From: Octopus vulgaris
Lineage: Eukaryota
DNA length: 64,000 nt
Direction of reading: 5' to 3'
Assembly: GCA_951406725.2 (NCBI GenBank)
Contig: OX597822.1
Location: 59,768,001 to 59,832,000, forward strand
Part shown: positions 55,841 through 64,000 of the stretch, piece by piece
Numbering within the stretch: the stretch's first letter is position 1
Layout: the number at the start of each line of letters is the position of its first letter
Position numbers and translations under genes: made by a program
Notes under the pieces: generated by a model
Databases searched by the model: none
The model's input: only the letters and a program-made list of their open reading frames with translations
Told to the model about the DNA's origin: nothing

Positions 55841-55968
<128 letters not shown>

Positions 55969-56003
55969 GTCTGTCTGTCTGTCTGTCTATCATCTATGTA
56001 TCT

Positions 56004-56036
<33 letters not shown>

Positions 56037-56043
56037 CACAGAT

Positions 56044-56088
<45 letters not shown>

Positions 56089-56105
56089 AGGATAGATAGA
56101 TAAAC

Positions 56106-56136
<31 letters not shown>

Positions 56137-56722
56137 TATGTGCATACATATGTATATATACATGGATATATATTGATGTATATGTATTTATATATCTGTA
56201 CATGTGTATGTATATTCTAAGTTACGTGAGATATAAAATTCTAGTGTTTACATGAAGCTCTTCTATTGATAGCGGCTACCAAAAATTTGAACATTGAGGA
56301 GCTTTTAACTGTACCACTTGACATATCTGGAAATCTACAGATATCCATTGAGGATTTATAATGATAAATATCAATAAAATGGAGTTATCAACTCCTTTTG
56401 ATACTTTGGTTACAATTGTTTCATCGTATTTCAAAATAACCGGTCTTTCGTAATGCTGCAATCATTAATTTTCTTGTGTAGGATTTCTTACCTAATAATG
56501 TTGAACATGAATCCTAAAATTTCCTTTTACGAAATTCCAAAGAGTCATGATCAACATGTGTTATGAAAGAAATCCCACATGCCACATGAAATTTAATCAA
56601 TAGTTAGCGGTATGATTACAGCATTATGCAAGGCTCATTATATTAAATTATGATGAAATGATTGTAAATGAAGTATTCAAACGATTTGCTTAGGCATTAT
56701 TTTGACATTTAACATTATATAT

Positions 56723-56801
<79 letters not shown>

Positions 56802-56920
56802 CAGCTATCGGGAAATGATCAACCGACATTGTCAACTTTGGCTCTCTCTCCCTTTTTCTTTCTCTCTCTCTCTCTCTCTTTCTTTCTCTTTCTCTCTCTT
56901 TCTCTCTATGTATATTTATA

Positions 56921-56962
<42 letters not shown>

Positions 56963-56965
<3 letters not shown>

Positions 56966-57732
56966 TAAAATAGCGAGGAAAGGCAATGCAGGACAAAGAC
57001 ATTTAATTTCATTTTTTTATCTGATTCAATCTACAATTTAGCCACATACTACAAGAATGGTCTCTACACCTGTTTCTAGGATATCCTAGCTATTTGGTGC
57101 ATCGTATCGAGCGAAGACTCTGTAAGCTAGGTATTCCGTCATCGGAGAAATATAGGTTAGACAGTGGAAGAATGATCCTCATCAATGATATTGATTGTGA
57201 TTCATTATGTCCAAGAGGGTCCAATTAAATCCAGTTAAATTGGGTCTTCTTTAAGTAAATCCATGATCAGAAAGAATGGTTAAGTGGTATTGAATGGTGA
57301 GAATAGAGAAAGAATTGATATGCAGTGCCAATATTTTCCCTCAGTGCAGAGTACTGCATAACAATTCTTTCCCTCTTCCTACCATGCTGTATCCCTTAAC
57401 CATTCTTTCTGACCATGGATTTACCTAAAGATGAAACAATCTAATTGTATTTACCCTCCTGGACATAATGAATCGCAACCAATATGATGAGGAACATTTT
57501 CCACTGTCTAACCTATATTTTTCCGATGGCGGTATTTTCAACTTATAGAGTCTTCCCTCGATACGCTGCTCCAATAGCTGGGATATCCTAGAAACAACTG
57601 TCAGAGACTATCTTTACGATTTTGTACTATTTTTACGTTTTGTTATGTAGCAAAATTTTAGATTTAATTAAATGAAATTAAATCTCTTTATCCTGCATTG
57701 CCTAATTGTTTGCCTTTCCTCACTACATTAAC
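56963..57732. repeat. Long imperfect palindrome (~370-bp arms) in intron 2
   Basis: Colinear reverse-complement blocks, e.g. aaatataggttagacagtggaa / ttccactgtctaacctatattt, centred at ~57340. Confidence 0.9.
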
Positions 57733-58411
57733 TTATACCTACTGACTCAAAGCGATGCCACGAATTGCCTTTTTTGAAGAAGACAACTATAGAATGTGCT
57801 AATGTGTTATGCACATGTAGAACCTCAACATTAGCTAGTTTTTATAAAAGAGGACAAATAATATTATAAAAGCTAGATAGAATTAGTTTCAGCGGTTGGT
57901 GCGGTTTTCTGTAGAAATTGAAGCTTCTTCTCGTAATCTTTCTGTCAACGAATGTCTGAATAATGTCAACAATCTCGCTTTGGAAACAAACGACAGTAGA
58001 TAGAGGAAAACAGACAGAAAATAAGAAATAGATAGACTAAAAGTCAATGTAAAGGACAATTCAGAATAAAAGTGAACATGAAAAGATTAGCGATGGCCAG
58101 GGAAACGACGCTGAATGTTCTTGTCCAAAAGTTGAAATTCCTACAGAAAGCTAACCTTTCACCTGCATCTGTATAAAGCCGATTTTCCAACAAACATCAG
58201 CAAATTGCTCATCTGTGTGTTGCTAATCCCTGGTTTGTTGCTTCTTTCTTATGGGTTGCAGTTTTCTTGCCGAGTTAATATAGATATAAAGGGATTCGTT
58301 TCCATGCTGATTTTTTTTAGTTTGAACAAGGAAGTGTTTTTTTTTTTATATTTATAGGTTTTGCAACTATTGATAGCATGCCGTCTTTAAAACATAGATA
58401 TAATCACATCC

Positions 58412-58458
<47 letters not shown>

Positions 58459-58526
58459 TACGCACATACGCACACACACATTCATATGAGGATAACAGTG
58501 AAGAAAATATACTACTAAGTAATTCA

Positions 58527-59617
58527 TGTTACAAGGAGTTTTGTTGGTCTCTCGCTCAACTGCGCCCAACGTATAATAATCAAAGGGGAGGCAGTTTGGG
58601 AAGTTAGGTGGCCAGATGTTAGGGGTGATGTGGTCGCAGAAATTGTCTGACAGCCATGACTGGGTCCTCCTGGTGTTTGGAGTGACCACTAGTAATGGCG
58701 ACGTTATTCCTCCATTCATCTTCTCACACGGCCTCAGACTCAATACGGAGACCTACATCAAGTGCCAGGAGGAGATAGTGCTGCCTGGGTCAAGAAGGAG
58801 GCTGCTGAAAGACCATATGTCTGACAACAAGAGTCTGCACCATGCCACACAAGCAGGGGAACATAGTCATGACTGTCAGACAATTTCTGCGACCACATCA
58901 CCACTAACATCTGGCCACCAAACTCTCCAGACTGCAACCCCCTTGATTATTGTGTGTGGGGCGCAGTTTAGCAAGTGGCCAACAAAACTCCTAGTAACAC
59001 CAAAGAAGAACTGAAGGCAAGGATTATGGCAGCATTCACCAACTTAAATTAGGAGACCGTCCAGAAGAGTTGTAGGAGATTCCGAAGTTGTCTGGAGGCC
59101 GAGGTTAAAGCCAATGGCGATTTTATTGAATAAATTTGTTCTTTAGTATTTCAAAATATTTTTAGGTAATTTTAGTAAATACATGTTAAAATGAGATGTC
59201 AGTGTTATTTCTATAATCCTTGCCTGCAGACTGGGCCCTCCTGCTTGTGTGGCATAGTGCACAGTCCTGTTGCCAAACACAGGGTCTTCCAGTAGCCTCC
59301 CTCTTGTTCCAGGGCAGTACTACCTCCTCCAGGCACTTGATGTAGGTCTCCGTGTTGAGTCTAAGGACGTGTAAGAAGATGAATGGAGGCATAACATCAC
59401 CATCAGTAGTGATCACTCCAAACAGCATGATGTGACTGGATGTTTAATTTTTATCACTCTCGGTAGATGTCGTCAGATTGCGTTGTCCTAAGATTGACAC
59501 CAAAACACTTAGAAATGTTTGTATTCGAGTTACTATACTGTGTAGTCGACAAATAAAAATGCGCATGCGCGAAATTTTAAAATATATAACGCCGACAATT
59601 TACCCATCGCATCCTGT
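58527..59617. mobile_element. Rearranged DD37D (maT-type) Tc1/mariner relic
   Basis: VFGV..DGDVMPP, QQD..CHT and WPPNSPDCNPLDY, with 37 residues between the 2nd and 3rd catalytic Asp positions. TIR-like end atttacccatcgcatcctg at ~59598-59616; a matching TIR stub lies at 59837-59856. Confidence 0.85.
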
Positions 59618-59671
59618 GTATTAGCCACTAAACCTTTTTTCTATTTTCTCTTCCTGTTTATTTGTGTGTTC

Positions 59672-59707
59672 CTTTCTGTCGAAAAGCGTAGGCTCGAAAC
59701 GTAAAAG
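59672..59707 (+). ncRNA. Degenerate minimal type-I hammerhead ribozyme-like motif
   Basis: CTTT-CTGTCGA-A-AAGC-GTAG-GCTC-GAAAC-GTA-AAAG. A sister copy lies at 34045-34080 (-). Confidence 0.5.
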
Positions 59708-59781
59708 ACTTTCTCAATTCCCGAGCGTTAAACTAATACGTTTGTTCGTTGTTTACACACCCGTCTTCGTTTTGTAAATTG

Positions 59782-59833
<52 letters not shown>

Positions 59834-61579
59834 TATACAGGATGCGATAGGTAAATACGTATATACATGCATACATACATACATACATACATACATACAT
59901 ACATACATACATACATACATACATACATACATGTTCTAGCTACACTATCGTGTCTCATCGGCAAGAGCGAACTCACACTAAACAAGCGCACTCAAGATTC
60001 TCCACATTATTAAAAGTTTCTATGAGACTATCTCTTTCGAAGGGTCCCACCAAAATAATCAAGTTGTTTAACATGCATAGGAAAGAAAGAACTTGCAGGC
60101 AGATCATATCAGTATAATTTTATAGATCGTTTTCAAGCTCTCTCTTGCAAAAGACCTTATTTACCATCATTAATAAATAGGTTTTTGTATTATAATGCTT
60201 ACTAGAAAATCATTTCAGTTGTTTGATAAATATTCTGAGAAATGAAAAAAAGCTCTAAAATGTCGGCACCGTGCTGAAACTAAAGTGTTTCAAACTATTG
60301 TATTTTTATTTTGTTATTGACGACAGTGCGTTATATACTGTGATTTTAATTATTTTTGCCTCCATACAAAAGTTATATTTGCATATAGTTGTATGTTTAC
60401 AATGTTTAGCAGTTGACCAAGACCATGAAATTAGCTTGATACTGAATCCATAATAATAAATATTTAACCCAAATATGTGTACTAATATAATCAGCATATA
60501 TTATTTGTACAATTTAATAACAAAATCCTTTTATGCTTATTTAACCGACATTTTTATGAGGCGTCATCAGTATTGCTCGTTACATTTTAAGATATTTCGT
60601 TTAATACCATTTCCCAGTACTTTTGCAGAAAAATAAAGCAACTTTCTCAGCAACCCAGTCTCGTTTCTCTTGATGCCATTTTTAAAAAAAATGAAATAAC
60701 TTGAGTTAGAATTCAACTCGATGCTTGCAGAGATGTCACTGTAGAAGCTTAACTGTTGTCTTAAGTAGTCTATTGGTGTATTTACCTTGCCTCAAGGTCA
60801 ATATTTTATTTTCTAATCCTTTCATAAATTACTAGGATGTATGGGTTTGATGCTTTAACTCCGGTTTTTGTAACGTTAAGCTAAATCTTTTAATTCCATT
60901 CACTGGTAAAGATACTAACCTTTCGCAATCAGATTTATCTTGAGGAGAATTTGAACACTGCTCGACAAAGCAGCGTACGACTCGTCAAATCCATAATGAT
61001 TTTGCATTATATTATTTGTTGTTAAAATCCTTCCGAGACTGCCTTTCTGTCCTCCACGGCAGTAAAGTGACAGTCATGAAGCGAAGTCAATTCAATTGAC
61101 TGTTTTCTATTGTGTCCATATGAGAAACCGTTACATTATGTTACTGTGTAATCACTGAGCTACATAGTCACGTTATGAGTTAATCGTTTTGGCCATGAAC
61201 CAGTACTTAGCTGGTTCCCAGCTACCATACCAATATAGCCATTGGATGAACGAAAGCTCGTATTGAACCAACAAAGATTTTAAGTAGGAACATGCAGAAA
61301 ACAAATTAGCTACGGAGAAAGAATATATTTCGACATTCTACTATTTTCTTCGAATTTAGCATCCTAAAAAGCAAAGAAACTGAAAATGTAAAAATCAACT
61401 TCGTTAAACAAAAGTGTCACTTGGCATTGAACGCTTATCGATTATAGCATTCACTTCGTCCATTATAAATACTTTCTTTAGAGTATATTTTGTTACTTTA
61501 AATGTCGAGCCTAATGAATCGCTTTTCACTCAGTTGATACAATAAATTTTTATTTCATTTTTTAAAAATTTAATTTTAG

Positions 61580-61662
61580 GTGATAACATCATAAACTTAA
61601 ATACGTCATACGTTGGCACCATAAGGAACCCTATCACACTTTTGGTTAATCAGCCATTTCAG
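61580..61662 (+). CDS. Delta/Serrate-like Notch ligand, coding exon 3 (end of MNNL region)
   Basis: Acceptor aattttAG and donor CAG|GTAAGT. The phase-1 start completes the Gly codon and gives (G)DNIINLNTSYVGTIRNPITLLVNQPFQ, resembling GxNxFxL...NPIxxPFxFxWP of DSL ligands. It ends in phase 0 at the position equivalent to the WP|G intron of vertebrate DLL genes. Confidence 0.8.
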
Positions 61663-61760
61663 GTAAGTGTTCGATATCACTGGGAAGTGTTTATCACGAT
61701 ATAACAATAGTATATCATAATCCTTCTCTACTTATGTGTGTGTGTGCGCGCGCATATATG

Positions 61761-61812
<52 letters not shown>

Positions 61813-62109
61813 CCAAACGCGAAACGCTTCAGACATTTTACTCATTAAACATTTCTTTTTAATGATTTAAAGATCCATTGCTTGAATCCCATTCGGAAAC
61901 AATAATCATTCACATCTGAATGTCTACGAATAATCGCATCACCAGGCTTCATAATTTCTTTAAAATCATCAACATCATCATCACCATCATCATCATCATC
62001 ATCATCATCATATGAAAACTCACACCATATTTTGCGGGATATGATGGAAAGTGTCAGCTGTTCACAGCCAGCAGACTAAGACGACACTATTATTATCATT
62101 ATTATTATA

Positions 62110-62197
<88 letters not shown>

Positions 62198-62736
62198 TTG
62201 AATGTGAGAGCAACCTACGCCATCAAAACGACGTGGGCACAAATATACAAGGCCCAACATACCTATCGTGACTACCCATCTGATAAATGTACACCAGAGA
62301 AATGCATCACGACCATATATGCGCGACATATGACATCATACCAAAATAAACAGCACATGTATATCCAGTTAGAATTTTCTTAAAGTTTGAGTAGTCCATC
62401 CCTCTCAGAAGGTGCTTCATTAAGGGTTGTTTAAGAATGATGAACAAAACAGCAATGTTTCCGGAGGTAAATTATTCAAACCCCAGATATTCTCTCTCAA
62501 CACATGGCTATGATGCTGCCCCATAACTCCTACTCGTGATCAGAGATGCACATGTCGTCAGCCATTATGGAACATGTTCAACTGGTTATTGTCAAGCAAC
62601 TGAGGAGCAAATCTCTGGTATTGAGCAGAATATTTGCTGTAGCCTATATTTTACACAAAGACATGTCCATGTTGACATTTCAAATAAGTTAAGATGAAAA
62701 ACCATGAGAATTACTGCCTGATATTGCATCAGAGCA
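62198..62736 (-). mobile_element. ~540-bp non-coding retroposon (copy 2)
   Basis: Colinear similarity to 28935-29477. The 3' end abuts an (AGT)n/(ATT)n tract. Confidence 0.7.
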
Positions 62737-62980
62737 GTTGAACTCCTAGAAAAAAACTTTTGTTTCTCGGAGGAAATCAAAACACGTCTAATGCTTACGA
62801 AACAGGTAGGATGTCACAAACCGTTAACAACAAAAAATACGAAGTAGGAGTACAGGAATATAAACTATTTTTTCGAACAGCCAAGGACATAAATGGAAAA
62901 CAAGACAAACAACAAAAAGAACGACACTTCATACGTTGTTGACTGTTTTCTTCTCCCGTATTTCGAGTATTTCACACTGC

Positions 62981-63032
<52 letters not shown>

Positions 63033-63248
63033 GTTTGGTTTGCAAGATTCTTTATATGAGTTCGTGCGTTAAAGCAAATTCTGTTGTGTCTGGGGAGAGT
63101 CATTTTCCTTTTGTGCCTTTCAAAACTATTGAAAAGGTTGCAAGACGCAACGAAAATTTTAGAAAAATAAGAAAAAAGCGGAAATTTTACCGGTGAGTCT
63201 GTTACATTATAAGGCACAAAAAGAAAATGCCTCTCTCCGGACAGAACA

Positions 63249-63307
<59 letters not shown>

Positions 63308-63586
63308 TATACATACATATACACAAACATTCACATACATATATATATATATATACATACACGTATATACATATATATAGATATCTGTTCGATTTATTTT
63401 ACTATAAAATAAATTATATGTAGGATATACACGATCCTATATTAAAGAATGCCTTCAGTCATGAATGACCATGGGATTGCACTTAGAAAGTTACCTTCCG
63501 AGGCACAAGTCCAGCCTTTCCTTTCCTTTCCACGTCACCGATGTTATCCAAGGGAAAGGCTAAGGCCAATATAGCTTGGCACCAGT

Positions 63587-64000
63587 GACTTTGAGATTCA
63601 GTTGCGACCCATGGCTCGCCACTTCATCCTACCTGGATATCACCTCAACACTATCCACACCGCCCTTGCCAAAGTACGTTCCGTCGACTGTGCATCTGAT
63701 CTCCCCCCGCACCCGCCCCGCCGTCACCCGTCTCCCGTTTCCCCTCACCTACCACTCCACCACCCTACCTCTCCAACGCACCATCCTTCGAACCTTCCGG
63801 GGACTCCAGTCCGAACCTCCCATTTTGCACATCTTCCCTAATCGACCCCTCGCCTCCATCAAACGAGCCTCTTCCCAAACCCATTCTCCCAACTCAGCTC
63901 GTTCCCCTGCTCCTGCTCACGCTGCCGCATTTGCCCTTATATCTCCAACACGACCCTCCTCACAGGCCCCCATCATCGACCCAATCCTATCACTGCCTCC
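63587..64000 (+). mobile_element. Penelope-like element fragment (Neptune-type RT thumb/linker), runs off the window
   Basis: DFE..MARHF..GY..IHTA, FPLTYH..LQRTILRTF..LQSE..HIFPNRPL..KRA, then PCSCSRCRICPYI after a frameshift. Confidence 0.7.

Overview
Eukaryotic, AT-rich, microsatellite-dense genomic DNA. The SINE families, R4/Dong LINEs and a very GC-rich 18S fragment suggest an octopus or other coleoid cephalopod; this is inferred from recognition, not from a search. Most ORF-track entries are microsatellite artefacts. One host gene is visible on the + strand: three splice-consistent coding exons (47888-47944, 53482-53671, 61580-61662) encode a signal peptide and a divergent MNNL/C2 domain of a Delta/Serrate-type Notch ligand, and the gene continues beyond the window. 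The rest is mobile-element debris: three tRNA-type SINE families; R4/Dong-type RLE LINEs stacked in (TAA)n tracts together with a ~540-bp non-coding partner element; a decayed Naiad-type and a Neptune-type Penelope-like element; short, mostly (TA)n-associated elements with minimal hammerhead-ribozyme-like motifs; RTE and L1/Tx1 remnants; DD37D and DD41D Tc1/mariner relics; a Merlin-like MITE with an 8-bp TSD; two tiny LTR relics with 5-bp TSDs (one with a tRNA-Ser PBS); several foldback palindromes; and an orphan 18S rDNA V4 fragment.
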